From Camelus ferus (Eukaryota), in contig NC_045697.1 of the NCBI RefSeq assembly GCF_009834535.1, positions 56,794,001-56,858,000 of the forward strand: 64,000 nt of DNA, written 5' to 3'. The translations under genes and the position numbers were made by a program. The notes under the pieces were generated by a model. It was not told the DNA's origin, searched no databases, and worked only from the letters and a program-made list of their open reading frames with translations. Shown here piece by piece: positions 38,379 through 52,225 of the stretch. Every line of letters starts with the position of its first letter. Position 1 is the stretch's first letter.

Positions 38379-38769
38379 TCGCCATGAGGCAAAACCATCA
38401 GAAAATATTTGAAATATTAAGAAATAGAAATTTTTTTCCTATCTTCTGATTTCCAAAAGGAAAAACATTTCCCTTAAGTCACATTCTTCCACTTTTACCC
38501 ATTAATTTATAACATTTCTGTAGAAGAAAGTGATTTATGTAATGGGAATGAGAACTGAAAGGGAACAGGAAAATTAGTCTTTTCCATTTCTCCTTAATGC
38601 CATCTTTACTTTGGTTTGTACAGATCTTTCTTCTCATCAGTTAATATCAAGCATGGTAAGAGAATTAAGCCAATCAGTTACCGCCTTCTGAATATTATCT
38701 TTTCTTGACCTACTTCTAAGAGCAGTATTTCAGTAGGTATCAAAGACTGAGGAGTCTTCTAAACAATAT

Positions 38770-39030
38770 CCCACAGTTTTTAGTAATAAAAAATGACAAG
38801 CATATTCTAATATGTGTGTAGAAATTTAAAGGTCCTAGAACAGCTAAATTATTCTGAAAAAGAACAAAGTTGGAAGACTTAAACTTCATGATTTCAAGCT
38901 GCTGTTTGTATTGACACAAGTTATAGAAATACAGCAATGGAAAAGGAGAAAAAAAGACCAGAAATATAACCATATATGTGCATTCAATTATTTTACGAGA
39001 AAGGGACCAAGTTTATTCAATAATGAAAGG
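38770..39030 (+). mobile_element. Old LINE-1 ORF2 fragment
   Basis: 'aaggtcctagaacagctaaattattctgaaaaagaacaaagttggaagact..tgatttcaag'. Confidence 0.75.
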
Positions 39031-39139
39031 TGAAGGAAAACAAAACCAAAAAAACCTAGACCAGCATTTCTCAAACTTTTAATTATCATTCTCCTTCCAA
39101 TTATAAAGTATCTTATTTTTTCCTAATCATCCCTCAAAC

Positions 39140-40380
39140 TGTGAGAAATAAAGTGCTATCTTTTTCTGATCCTGCAACTAAACAGGAAGTTCAGAGACTG
39201 GTAAGACTGTACAGGTATTGGTGAACTGTATTCTCATATAGGAATACTACTGGGTTCTATAAAAAAAAAAGAGAAATATGAAATTAATAGAGTCCTGAGA
39301 AGAAATTGTAAATGATTTCCAGAAGATTGTGGCTCAGGCCGAGTCACTCAACATTATAACCTATTTGCTCAAATTATTTTAAAAGTGTTTGAATTTAGAC
39401 CACAAGCCTTTGGTCTAAGACAATCAAATACTGTAATTTAATGAAGACTACTAGAGTTTTAGACTCAAAGTGCCTAATGCAGCACCTTGATATATACCCT
39501 CTAAAAGGAAATTACTAGCTTGTTACTGAGTGTGGGAATAGGCTGCAATCAAGGAAAGATGTAAAATTATTCTGGGTAATGCTGAAAAAGGGTTGAATAG
39601 AGACAGATTAGTTCAGTAGAGCTTACTGATAAATTGGAAATGGCATATTCAAGAGTATTTCACAGGGGAATTTCAGGAGCAGTTCATCACATATGTGCAC
39701 AGGCTGCCTCACTGTGTGGTCAAGCATGGAGCACTCCAAGGGTCAGCCCACCCCCTTCGCTATTTGTGTACTCTGAACCCTATACATTTCTCCCAGTCAA
39801 GCCAAAACTTGCTACTTGGCTCACCAGTACTCATTCCTAAAGTGAAAATTGTGAATTGTAATGAATCTGTAGGAGATAAAACTGGTGAAAAAAAAAAATG
39901 AGAGTAAATCTACACAATGGGCAGAGTTAGAAGTCATGAGTGTACTTAGGAATTACCCTCCTGCCCAGGGAGCATAGTCAGATATTGACACACCATTAGG
40001 CAGAATCAATGACCTCATAGTATGTTCAGGCAAATGGGTCCTAGATGATTGGTTAATTTTTGAAAAATACTCATGTAGAATATTCAGTTAAGGAAGTCCC
40101 TATAGAAACAGAAGAATAATCAAGTATATGCCTACCATAAAGACCAGTTGCTGGCTTAGAAAGAGACTGGGGTGATAATGAAAGTGCTTTATTCAGACCT
40201 CTAAAATTAACCAACTTGGTTCATAAAATGACAAGCGTGAGCATGCTCAATCCACATACAGAGAGAGCAAATGGCAATCCGTTCTTTGTGCACCTGGTGA
40301 AACCACTAATGTAGTAAGGAACTATATGCAATATCCACAGAGAGGAAATACTTGAAGCTGGCTTTAGCAGAATTCTTTCG
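39140..40380 (+). mobile_element. ERV-L-class pol relic (RT thumb/connection and RNase H)
   Basis: Collinear degenerate peptides: PATKQEVQRLVRLYRYW (cf. PTTKKEAQRLVGLFGFW), RKLLACY* (cf. EKQLLACYW), INWKWHIQE (cf. IKWKWYIRD), STQWAELEV (cf. SSQWAELRA). Many stops and frameshifts. Confidence 0.8.
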
Positions 40381-41048
40381 AACAACGGTTAACAAGTAGA
40401 TGAGCTAGAAGTCCTTACCTAAGAATGTTTAGGCAGATCTCTTTAGATTGTTCTATTTAAATTGCTTATGGTAAATTAACTTGAATTAATGGGATGCAGC
40501 TAGCTGGAGAATAGAGTTATACACACAGACTCTCTACCTGCGTGCCTACTGAAGTATAAAAACTAAAGCTCCAAATCAAATGACTTCCTCTTAGCTAATG
40601 TGATGAACACATAGCACCCTTCCATATTCTGGAAACAAAACATGTACTAATGCAGAAAAAGATACATTTCTTTTTCTTTTTTTAGAAGCTATATTTTATT
40701 GCTTGAATGTCTTCTAAGAGATGGCACTTTCTGCTTTCATCTTTTGCTAATAATGAGTAAAATTTGGTGTTGGGTAACAATTGAGTGAGTTTGCCTTTTT
40801 AATCAATTCTTACTAATACTATTGTGTACTTTTTATTTAAAACATTGGAAACTTACTCAAAAACTGATTTATTACAGATTTTCTTCCACCTTATTCAAAC
40901 GACACATGGTTTTAAGTCTATGATTTATTTTGAGTTAGTTTTTGTGAAAGGCATGAAGTCTGTGAGGTTTGTGTATTTAATATGGCATAATCATTTTTTT
41001 TTGTCCATTGCTAATGCAACTTATTTCTCTGAATGATCTCTCTCTCTC

Positions 41049-41134
41049 TTTTTTTTAATGGAGGTACTGTGGATTGAACCCAGAACCTCATGCATGTTAA
41101 GCATGTGCTCTACCACTGAGTTATTTCCCTACCC
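41049..41134 (-). mobile_element. tRNA-derived SINE, camelid vic-1 type (short form)
   Basis: 'ttttttaatggaggtactgtggattgaacccagaacctcatgcatgttaagcatgtgctctaccactgagttatttccct' is the reverse complement of the 11663 SINE head. Confidence 0.9.
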
Positions 41135-41788
41135 ATGTCTGTGTGTTTAGAAGCTCAAAAACCATTTGTTGAAAAAAATCCTTTCTTCACTAAATTGTCT
41201 TTGTGTCTTGGTCAATATCAGGTGACTTAGATACTTTTTAAAAAAATGTTTGATAGATTTAATCTGTAAAATCAACTGGGTATGGAATTCTCATCATGGA
41301 AAGACTTTTGAGAAAAATTTTTATCCTTTTTAAAATACAGAATTGTTTTTTATTTTTTCATATCAGTTTTTGCAATTTGTTCTTGACAAGGAATTTATAA
41401 TTTAAAAATGATAATATTTAGCATAAAGTTATATCTATTCTTCTATTATCATTTTAATATCTGTAATAGTTTTTTATTTTTTAATTTGATTTTTTATTTT
41501 GTATGATCTGTCTTGCTAGGAGTTTATCAAAAATTGATGTTTGGCTTTCCTGTTTTTCTCTATTTGTGTTTTTCTTTATTGATATATGATCTTATCTTTA
41601 CTACATTTTTTCTTCTCATTAAATGAATAGAAGAACTTAATTTGTTTATTACTTAGCTTCTTAGTTAGATGATTTTATCATTGGCTTATATCATTCTCTT
41701 ATTAAGTTTATAAAGCTCTATGTTTTATTCTAAGGACTTTTAAAATTACTACCTATACCTATTGATACTTTTTAAAATTATAATTCAA

Positions 41789-41966
41789 CTCTCTGCCCAA
41801 CTGTCATCATGACACCATCATGAACATGAGCCATGTGCAGTCCATCAGGCTGGCCAGGGTCACCAAGGTGATGGACCAGGTCACACGGACAATGCACTTA
41901 GGTGCATGCAGAATTCATGGATGACACAAATTGCTCAATCATCTGCAACATGAAAGGCCCATGCAC
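41789..41966 (+). pseudogene. RPS28: Processed pseudogene of 40S ribosomal protein S28 (eS28), 3'-truncated
   Basis: ATG at 41820 reads MNMSHVQSIRLARVTKVM, then a frameshift, then SHGQCT*VHAEFMDDTNCSIICNMKGP. RPS28 reads [49 protein letters not shown]. Intronless, begins with the 5'TOP-like 'ctctctgcc', and shows pervasive CpG>TpG/CpA decay. Confidence 0.95.
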
Positions 41967-42049
41967 AATTGCTACCCAAATATCTGAGTATTTTCTAGCT
42001 ATCTTAATACTTATCTAGCTATTGGATTCCAATTTGATACAGTTATGCT

Positions 42050-42515
42050 TGTTGGAAAGCAAATCTTCATGGTATTTCTACACGTCTTATGTCAGGTTTT
42101 CTTTTCAAAGATGTTTTCACAGAAGATACTTTTGAAAGGTAGAGATAGTGTTTCCCTCCAGGTCAGAAGGTAGATTTGTTTCTTGACAAGAATAGTAAAG
42201 ACAATGTCACTTTCTTGAGGGAGGATGGACAATCCTTTTATAAGACTGAGAGCTGTCTAAGCTCAGTGGTTTTCAGCCATGATATACACCTTTGTGATCA
42301 GTTATACTTGGACCTGCTGTGCACTGTCCCTCAGGATTTGGGGTCAAAGAATACAAGTGCAAACATGATTCTTCTCCTGCCTGCTGTGTGATGAGAGTCC
42401 TTTGAGGTCTATATGTTTCCATTATCTCCTTATGGATCAAATTTGTGGAAGTATGGCAAACCAAGTTAGTAGTTGCAGTAGTCACTGCTTCTTGGGACTT
42501 CTTGATTACTTGACA
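42050..42515 (+). mobile_element. ERVL solo LTR (MER74-like)
   Basis: TGTTGG...TTGACA ends; 'tttctacacgtctt', 'cttttcaaagatgttt', 'tagagatagtgtttccctcc'. Interrupts the L1M. Confidence 0.75.
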
Positions 42516-43963
42516 GAAACCTAATTCTATATGATTACAATCTTTTGAAACTTATCTTGGTGAACATACTATGTGGCTTTAAAATAATGTATATTTTGCT
42601 ATTGTTGGTTATAGTGTTCTATAAATATTATTTAAGTAAATCTGGCTGGTGTTGTTATTCAAATATATATATATACAATTTAGATATATGTAAAATATAT
42701 ACTATATATAGTAAACTTTTTTATTCTACTTTTTCTATCAGTTCCTGGGAGACAGTTGTTAAAATTTTAAATACAATTCTGGGTTTGTCTGTTTCTCTTA
42801 ATTCTATCAATTTTTGCTCCATTTATTTTGAAGATCTATTCTGATTTGGATACATTTTTTAAAGATTTCTTTTTATTAATTGGCCCCCATCACCAATTAT
42901 ACCTCTTTATCTCTGGTAATACTATTGTTATGGAAATACACTTTGCACATTTTAATAGTTCACACCAATTATCCTATGTTCATTGTCTGTATGGTATATT
43001 TGTTTTTCATACTTTTGCTTTTAATCTATATGTCTTTATGCTTGAAGAGTTATTTTTACAAGCAGTACGCAATTGTGACTTTTTAAAAAATCAAGTTTAA
43101 TGGTATTTGTCATTCATTTGTTTTCAATTTGTCTCTTCTTTCCTTCTTTTTTTCCCACTGTTTTCTCCTTTGGTTTCTTTTGGTTTAACTAATAGCTTGA
43201 GTTTTGCAGGTTATATAATTCTGCACTTTTCTGTGTTTGTGATTTTTCTAGATACAACAAGTGCATCTTTAGAGTATTCCTGTTTATGCTTAAATATTGT
43301 GTTACTTTAATAAAACCATGTCTGAGCATTTCAGCATTAATTACACTTTCTTTTGGCATGTGTGTTCTTGTTGGTATATATTTTACTTAAACATAGATTA
43401 TAGACCTCGCAAAATATATTATTATTATTTTAGCAGAAAAGAAGCAACATTATTTTAGCAAAGTTAATTATTATTTAAAAAATCTTTTATATTGACCCAC
43501 TTCTTTACTCTTTCTGGTGCTCTTCATTACTTTCTGTAAATTCAGGTTTCTTTTTTTGTTATCAATTTCCATTAACTTGAAGTGCTTTCTTTATTATTTC
43601 GTGTAGTTTAATTTTTCTGGCAATAATTTCTCAGGTTTTTTCTTATCTAAACATGTCTTAATTCCATATTTTTAAAACATCACTGGATATAGAATTCGTT
43701 TGCCATTTTAAAAACCTATATCAACATTTAAAAAATATGTTCCTTTGGCTTCTGGCCCTACTTACTTTCCTAGGAGAAATCAACTGATGTTCTTTTTATT
43801 GCACCGTGATATAAAATGTATATTTTTCTCATGTTACTTTTAAGTTTATCTGTGTTTGTTTTTTTTTTTTTTTTATCAGCTTTATGCTAGAAACTGAAAA
43901 GAAGTGGAACAAACCGGGAATTTCTTAGGAAATATTATTAGCATAATTTTATCACCATGAGAA

Positions 43964-43990
43964 TGTGTGTGTGTGTGTGTGTGTGTGTGT
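43964..43990. repeat. (TG)n microsatellite
   Basis: Seen directly. Confidence 0.9.
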
Positions 43991-45279
43991 TTAGAGGTGT
44001 GACTGGTGTAAAAGGAGAGATCAAGAATGCATTAAAGCTTTTATTTTTCCTTGTGTAAAAGAGATGATGACAATTACTATAATAGGGAGATAGTAACATT
44101 TTGTGCTATGGGAGTAGTAGATGAAAAGAAAATTAATCATTATTATCTCAAAGGTAAAGGCATAACTAATTCATATAGGAATTAATACAATCTCTAGATT
44201 ATAGTATAATTCAGTAGTATGCCAGAACTCGATATTCAATCTTTTTTTGTGAGCATAGTTTGTGTATTTCCACCCTGTACAACTGCATTTTCAGTATACT
44301 TAGCCATTACATTTAAAATTCTTTCCTTAATAGAACATTTGCTGAGCTGAACTTAATGTCAACAAATTACTGAAATTGTTTCTTACAAGGAATTAGTCTT
44401 GGAGAAAGCAAATGTGAAAGGTTTTGGTGTCAATCACACCAGGTAATTTGATACCAAATTCACAGTGCAAAACTATTTTCATACATTACAAAGTCCCACA
44501 AAGAAAATAACAAGTGAACATAAATTTTATCTTACACCACTCGTACTATTTCATTTAGGCTTAATTTTAGAAATACGATTCTACCCAAGAGTAGAAGTTG
44601 TTCTGTTTAAATATGTATGTGGATTTTATAGTTATAATGAAATAAAGTGTCAACATAAGCATTCTAAAACATGATTAATGATACCTATTACTATGACAGG
44701 TCTGTATGCTAATTAAGAATAAATAATAAATCAGTCATGTAAAAACAATGTGCATTGTTCTTAAAATCAAAACTACATTTGGTATTTCCACTATCTTGTT
44801 TATCTATTTAAAAGACTTCTCATTTAAAAATGAGTTTGGTAACTTTTACTAGATATCAATTCCCAAATTAACATTTCTATGGTATAATATACCAGTACTG
44901 TTTATTTACCATTATTTTCAAAAATTGTCTATCTTGAATCTCTATGCTTAAGTTCAGAAGACTGGTATCTTGCTTTTAAAATACTGAAAATATCTTTACT
45001 TCATCCTGTTTTCTGCTAATCCACTTAAATCTAAAATTTCCTTAGTTATAGACATATAATTCTTTTTTCCTATATTTGATGGAGACTTTGAGTCAACAGA
45101 AATTCCTTTGCATGATACTGTTGAAATTCCTTTATGATTGGGAAACTGGAGGTGAGATTGTGGCTATCAAGTCAATGTTGTAAGGTCATTTATCATGGCA
45201 TTTAACAAATTATTATTAGACACCTGCTATGAACTGGATTCAGTAGTCATTAAATATATATATTTGTCCTTTCTAACAT

Positions 45280-45690
45280 ATTCATCCATTCATTAAACAA
45301 ATAATTAGCAAGAACCCTCTATGTGTAGGGACTGTTCTAAGAACTAGGTTTATAAGTGAACAAACAAGACAAAACTTCTGTCCTAATGGATCATGAATCC
45401 TAGTGGACTAGAGATAGAAAGATAACTTAGATACACAGATGAACAGAGTGATAAGCTCTATGAAGAAAACTTAAGTAGGACAGGAGTTTGGAAAGTGACT
45501 CTGTATTTATTTAGATGGTGTCATCAGGAACAGCTTTTCAGAGGAAATTCAGATATTTGGACTAACAAATGTAAAGAAAGTCATAGAAATCTGTAAGGAA
45601 GAGCATAGAGATAAACAAACCAAGAGTATAGAGTTCTAAGATGAGTGCAAGGAGGCTACAGTGGCTAGAAGCTTAAGAATGAGGTAGAAA
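45280..45690 (-). mobile_element. LINE-2 3' region
   Basis: 'cattcattaaacaaataattagcaagaaccctctatgtgtagggactgttctaagaactagg..gtgaacaaacaagacaaaacttctgtcctaatgga'. Confidence 0.7.
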
Positions 45691-48518
45691 GTGACATTCA
45701 ACATCATGTAATCTCATTCTTGGTCTTCTACTCAAACTCCTCCAAAATTCCAATACTATTTTTTCTCAAAGTTAAAGCTACAAAACCCCTAGGATTCTGC
45801 CCCCAGTGAATTTTTTTTTTTTATTTAAGTGGGACTATTTTCAATGTGTTCTCATATCTGTGAGGAAAATTATTAACAAGAGAAACTGAGAGTGTTGGCT
45901 ATGTGGTTTAAATGTAGCTAGACTCTGCTCTACCTGGTCAGACACCAGCTATGTTCTTGTTTAACCTCATTTTCTATAGTTGCAAGAATGTAAACATTCT
46001 ATAGCTTCTGCCTCATTATCTTTTCTTTTTCTCCTAGTACCTCATTGATTTTGTTTCCTGATTATATTGACTTATCATATTCTATTGCTAATAACCTAAC
46101 TCAGAGTATCTCCAACTATACATAGCCATATAGTTACACCCTTATAATTCATGCAGATTTCTAGAACAGTTAAATAATCCAAGTGTTAATTTAGGCCATC
46201 TTGTAGCAGAGATTGGTTCAAGGTTCAAGTTGATCAAAAAGAAAGAATATAATGAGCTTGACTGAGATAACTGAGAATAATATTTGTATAAACATGCAGT
46301 AATTGAGATTACCCAGTAAACTAATACAAGTATTATTTATGTTACCTGAAGAAGCTCATTCTTTTCATGGCTCTGAATTAAGCTTTACTGATTTAGGACA
46401 AATCAAGGTCATCAGCTGATCTACTAGTAAGGCAGAATTTCACATACCCCAGCACTGAATCAGAGAAATAAAGAGTCATGGGAGCCCTTCTAGTCCTATC
46501 ATTTTTAATTCATTCTTTTAAACACATATTTATTGATCTCTTATTCTGTGACAAAGAACTTTAGTCAACCAACTTATTTAGATTTAAGCAGTTATAAATT
46601 TTTTATGCATTTATTGTTTATATTGGCATAAAAATCCTGTACAACATTATTTTAAATGTGCTAATAAAATCTAAAGGCCATATTGATTTGATGACCATAA
46701 TCATCCATTTTTTCCTTAAAGTTTGAGCAACCCTTCTCTAACAGTTGTAAATTTCCTTTTCCTTTTCTTGTGAATTGATATTTATTCCATTTTCTCCAAA
46801 TACTAATGTAAAAACTATTTTTAGTTAAAATTTTAACATCTGAATTATTTTAAAAAAATTCTTGTGATCCCATTGTTTTATTCATTAATGACCTTTTAAA
46901 TTCTTATCCCATGAGTTATTATTAATACACAGCTGATAAACACAACACATATAATACAAATCATGACAGAATTTACTAAACCTAAGGGGGCTATTTAATG
47001 GCAGTTATAACTCTTTTTCATTTTCTTCAAGTTACCTTTTCTAGAAAACTTACAGTTAGACAGCTAAAATAGATGTTTATGAAAATAAAATTTGATGACA
47101 AAATGACCATATGAAATTGAAAAACATAATTAAACATTTTATTGTGGACTATAAAAAAACCTTTGTATTTAAGTCCAATATAAAGTGCCCTAGTTCTTAA
47201 GAATAAATTATCTTATAAAGGCACACTAGATAGGAATATGACATCTAATTATTGTTATATATAGAAGAGTGATTTTATTTCATGCTTGAAAACTAAGCTC
47301 TAGGTTATATATTTGACAGTATCTGATAGCATACCAAGATCTGAAAGGGATCAGTTAATGCTAATTAAGTGAAGCTACTTTCCTGAAGTTAAAGACATTG
47401 TGTCTTGAACTGAACTTGGTAATACTTATAATATCCCTATACATAAAAAGATATTGTGTTCTTAAAAGTACAATGTAAATGGCATTATGAAAATTACCAA
47501 CAAAAGGAAAGAGAACTATTGAGTCACTGGTAGATATGGGAATCATAAATTTTAACAACAGTGTGTTAAAGTGCATTATTTATAGAGGAATCACTAAACT
47601 ATTCAATTTAAGTTAAGCTAAACCTAATAAGCATATGTTAAGAATGAATTAATATTGAGGTAGTTAATAAATGATAAAGAATAAACAAGACGTCTATCTC
47701 AAAGTTTAAAAATGTATTTGGAATAGTTAATAAAATTAAGCAAACATTCATAAAAACTTGTATTATGAGTCTAAATAAAAGAAATATAAAGCACTAAGTT
47801 AGGATCCATGTTAAGTTATTTTAACCTGAAGATTTAATGTTGTTTTGATATAATTAAATGTGGAACTTGTTTTTTTTTCTCCTTTAAATCAAGCATGAAT
47901 GCTGATGAAAAAGACCAGGACACAGTTATATGAGAAAACTTATTAAGTTTTTATGTTATTGGGAATGATGAGGATGAAACAGAAATAGTCTTCACAGCAA
48001 ATTGTTATTTTACAGCACACTTTTTTACATACCTTGAATATTATGATTTTAAGATGGACAAGTAGATAGGTAGAAGGATGACAGATTGAAAACCAGATAT
48101 AAAATTTGTTGATTGGATATAATAGGGCATGACTACATTTAATATTTATTATTGATACTTAAGGAGTAGGTGTTCAAGACAATAACTGGGATGGAAGAGG
48201 TGAGCTGATTAAATAAAAAACTGTCATTTTTCCTTCTGCCTAGTGAGAGTAGCAATGAATTAAAATTATGTTATACCTTTTTTGGATTCAAATTATATTT
48301 TTGTGGGCTGGACCTTTAGAATACCTGGTATGGTATGTTGTTGGAAGTATAAGTACAAATGTTAATCTCATGTAATTCCCCTCCACCATGTAATATAGCA
48401 AATTTTATTTTCACTTTGCATTGAACATAGTCATAGAACTTTAGAAATTTTTTGAGGTTTGCACACATGTATATTGACTAATATATTGACCAAGTTAACC
48501 TTAAACTTTGAACCTTTG

Positions 48519-48637
48519 TTTTTTGGGGCAGTAATTAGGATTATTTATTTCTTTTTAATGGAGGTACTGGGGATTGAACCCAGGACCTCATGCACGGTAG
48601 GTATGTTTGCATTCTACCCTGAGCTATACCCTCCCCC
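48519..48637 (-). mobile_element. tRNA-derived SINE, camelid vic-1 type
   Basis: 'ggggcagtaattaggattatttatt..aatggaggtactggggattgaacccaggacctcatgc..ctgagctataccctccccc', with degenerate flanking repeats 'aaactttgaaccttt' / 'aaactttaaacttt'. Confidence 0.9.
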
Positions 48638-50966
48638 TTAAGCAAACTTTAAACTTTGGATTGTCAGTTTGCTGCTGTATCATGTTCACAACAAGAGAAA
48701 ATTAATATTAATGTATTATGATCTACACTAATGTTTTAAAAGCCCAATCAAAATAAAGAAAAAAATTGCCCCGCTATCTTCATGTAAGAAAGCAAGGCTG
48801 GGAAAATAAGTAAAGCGATAAGATATTCCTAAGTTATTTTGATAACAAAATATATAGATGTCAAATGGCATTTTGGAAATAACCATCAAGGGACGGCATT
48901 TTTCCCTCAGGTGTTACCAAGATGTTCTTCCTCAGCTAGTCTGCCATTCTCTTCATTAACTAGCTAAATGGTAAGTATAGAAATTTGAGTTGCCAAGCTC
49001 CACCACAGACAGAATTTTGTTGTCCAAATGTCCTCAGCAGTGAGTCTGTTTATCTTTTATTTCATTAGATGTGGGACTCAAGTTCTTCGAGTTCTAGTTA
49101 ACAAATTTGCCAAGCCTATTGTTTAAAAAAGTATTTTTGAAATTCTTGATTGGTTTCTTCTTTTTCACATCAAAGACCTAGGATAATTTTTTCCAGAATA
49201 ATGTCAATCCAAATCATTTGTTGCAGAAATCACATCGGTGTTCCTAATTTTAAACTGCTTTGAAAATCATGCATTTACATGAACTCTAACACTAATGTGG
49301 TTTTCTGAGAATTACTGACTATAGTAAGCAGTGTGATACAATCTTGTGAAGTTTAATTCAGTTGCCTAGCGAAATAGCACAGATTGAATTATCCATCCTT
49401 GGCCCACTGTTTTAATTGCAATTACTTTTTGAGAGTTGACTAAATTTTTGTACATATAATGTTGGACAGTTATCATTCCTTTCATTGCTGATAAGAATAT
49501 TGGTGATTATATGTATAGCTTACATCCATTAGAACTAGAAACTGATAAAACAAAGTAGTGAAAGATAAAACCAAATTTCCATGACCTGGTTTGGCTAGCC
49601 CGTGTTAAATGACAAATATTCGTTTTGCCTTAGAGCAAGGCTAAATGATTTAGTTGCTACCTCAGGACACCAGTAGTAACAGTGGCTGATATTGGACCAT
49701 AGTTTTATTATATGCATTTTTTCTTGTATCTATTTACTCTTGCTTTCTTTTTCTTTTTTCCTTTCATTCTGATGATGATTTAGTCCTGTAGGTGACGTCT
49801 CTAGACAGGGGTCACTCAGAACTAAAGAACTTGCTGATCCTATCAAGATCAGGAGACTAACTGAATAATTACTTCCAGGACTCAAAACTTTGATCTAGAC
49901 TGGAAATTATTAAAATAACATGTTGTTTCAAGGAAGCAGTTAATTGTTTATAGGTTATTATGTATTTTTGGTGTGGATTTACTTTTAGTCTTTATATTAG
50001 TAAATATATACTGTCTGCTCTCCTTAAGAAGAATAAGTATTGATAACATTTGTTAATCCCTTATATTCCATATCCCTTTGAGAAATATCTTCCAAAATAA
50101 AATGGATTTATTTCATGTAACAACAAAATGTTGACAATATGTTTTATGTGCAAGACTATTCCACAACATTTCTCTATTTTTCTTCTCTGATACTGTTAAA
50201 CGTGCTTTCATTCTTAGAACAAGCTTCAATGAAGTTTACACTTACCCTTATACCTTGAGTATGAGGGCAATCTGGACACATTCTCTCTTATCCCATGTGG
50301 ATCAAGTCTGGACTCATAGCCCTCCCATGTTATTCAGTCACATTCCACAGCAGTCCCCGAAACAGGAGTATTTCCTTCCAAATTCTCCTTTAATATTGAG
50401 ATTGACACAACCCTAACCCTACCTCCATAATTCAATGTGCAATATCATAAGTGCATTCTGGAAGGCCTGCATGACTCCAGGTCCTCTTTTTTCTCAAACT
50501 TCATATTAACCCAACTTTCTATTGCACTGACTTCCATATTTGAATCTCACTTACACTCCTTTACCTTGGAGTTTCTGTTTTGGGAAAAGGTGCACCATGC
50601 CCACTGGCCCTATAGTAATAAAGACTCAAGATTGAATAGAAAATAAGTGCCTATTATCTTCATTTATATGTTCTCAGGATAAAGGAGAGAAAACTAAAAA
50701 TGAAACACTGTATTTTTTTCAGCACATAGTATAGTGTTAGGTAATGTGCCAAATGTTTGATGACTATATCCTTTCTTCAAAATCATAACGGAAAATATTT
50801 GCTTTTGTGGGTAAGTTACTGGATGGTACCTCCAAGAGATAAATTAAAATACAGGGTTTGTTTTCTGTTTATTTATTCAAACCATATATTCATTTTATAA
50901 GTAAATATTCATTGAAAATGTTTAAGTGTAAAGTATCCTGTGGGAAATTGTTACTGAATTGCATCT

Positions 50967-51331
50967 TGCTATGGTTTAAATGTTTGTGTTCATTGAAAAT
51001 TCATATATTGAAGTTCTAATCCCAGTATGATGGTTTTGAAGGTGGGGCCTTTGGGAAGTAATTAGATCATAAGAGTGAAGTCCTCAAGAATGGGATTAGT
51101 ACCCTCATAGGAAGAGACACTAGAGAGACAGTCTCTTTCTCTTGGTCACATGAGGCTACAGCAAGAAGGCAGCCATCTGCAAACCAGGAAGAGGACTCTC
51201 ATCTGACACCAAATGTGCTGACAGCTTGATCATGAACCTCCAAGCCTCCAGAACTATGAGAAATAAATGTTTGTTGTTTAAGCCACCAGTTTATGGTATT
51301 TTTGTTATAACAGCCTTAGCAAACTAAGACA
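50967..51331 (+). mobile_element. MaLR solo LTR (MLT1A-like)
   Basis: 'tgctatggtttaaatgtttgtg...ggtggggcctttgggaagtaattagatc...gcctccagaactatgagaaataaatgtttgttgtttaagccacc...actaagaca'. Confidence 0.92.
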
Positions 51332-52223
51332 TATCACTTGTCATTGTAGAGGATGTGATTTTTAGGCATTATCATTAATATTTGAATATATTGTTTAATA
51401 ATACTTCTAAATACAACTAAACTAGTATGAATTCTTCTAGAAAAAGATAAGGAGATTAGTTCACATTGAAAATCACACATACTATAAAATAATTTTTGCC
51501 AGTGGACATTGCTTAAAAGTCCATCATTCCTATGTCTCTTTCTAAACCTTGCTGATTATGACAGACAAAACCACCATGCTGTAGGAATGGAACAGATAAG
51601 ACATAGCTGAAGTCTTTTGGGCATAAATATTAGACCAACCATCCTTGGCTTGCTTGGTTTAAATAAAGGTTCCTTTACTACTTTATTTAAAATTGATAAT
51701 TTTTTGGATGCTTGAAAGAGCTAATAATTAAAGTTGTACTTCAGCACAGGGTTCATTAGCTTAAACAAGAAGAGATAAAGGCAAGTATGCTTCCTGTAGT
51801 TGGTTCATCTTTATCACTAAAATCGTTCAATCTGATTCCTAATTTTTGGAGCTAATGTTTAATGCAGTACATTATTTCTAATCAACGTTCATTGACTTTT
51901 ATGATAAAATCAGAGCAATTAGACAGATATAAAATGAGGATCTGCAAGGACTGGATAAGAGGAAGGCAAATTAAGAAAAAGATGTAGACAGAAAGAAGAA
52001 CAATTTGAAAAAGGACCAATCTTAAAAAACTATAGGAAATTACAAAATAAGGACAAAGAAATGAAAGCAAATGTAGACAAAAAAAAAAAAAAAAGGGAAA
52101 TTGCATAGAAACAAAGACAAAAGAGTTGAGAGAATCTCAAGAGTCAGGTTTCTAAACAGCAAGCTCTAATTACTTGTCTTTTTGAATGTCTCGGAGCCTT
52201 CATTCTTCATTTTCCTTAGGATT

Positions 52224-52225
<2 letters not shown>

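Larger units (their letters stand above)
40800..43880 (-). mobile_element. Long degraded LINE-1 (L1M) hosting a SINE, a retrocopy and an LTR
   Basis: Recurrent antisense L1M motifs: 'tttaagtctatgatttattttgagttagtttttgtgaaagg', 'accatttgttgaaaa', 'tcttgctaggagtttatcaa', 'attctatcaatttttgctccatttattttgaag', 'cactggatatagaattc'. Confidence 0.75.

Noticed and set aside
25290..42515. MER54/74-like LTRs at 25290 and 42050 as two ends of one provirus enclosing the pol relic
   Set aside because: Opposite orientation, clearly different sequences, and 16 kb of unrelated DNA between them.
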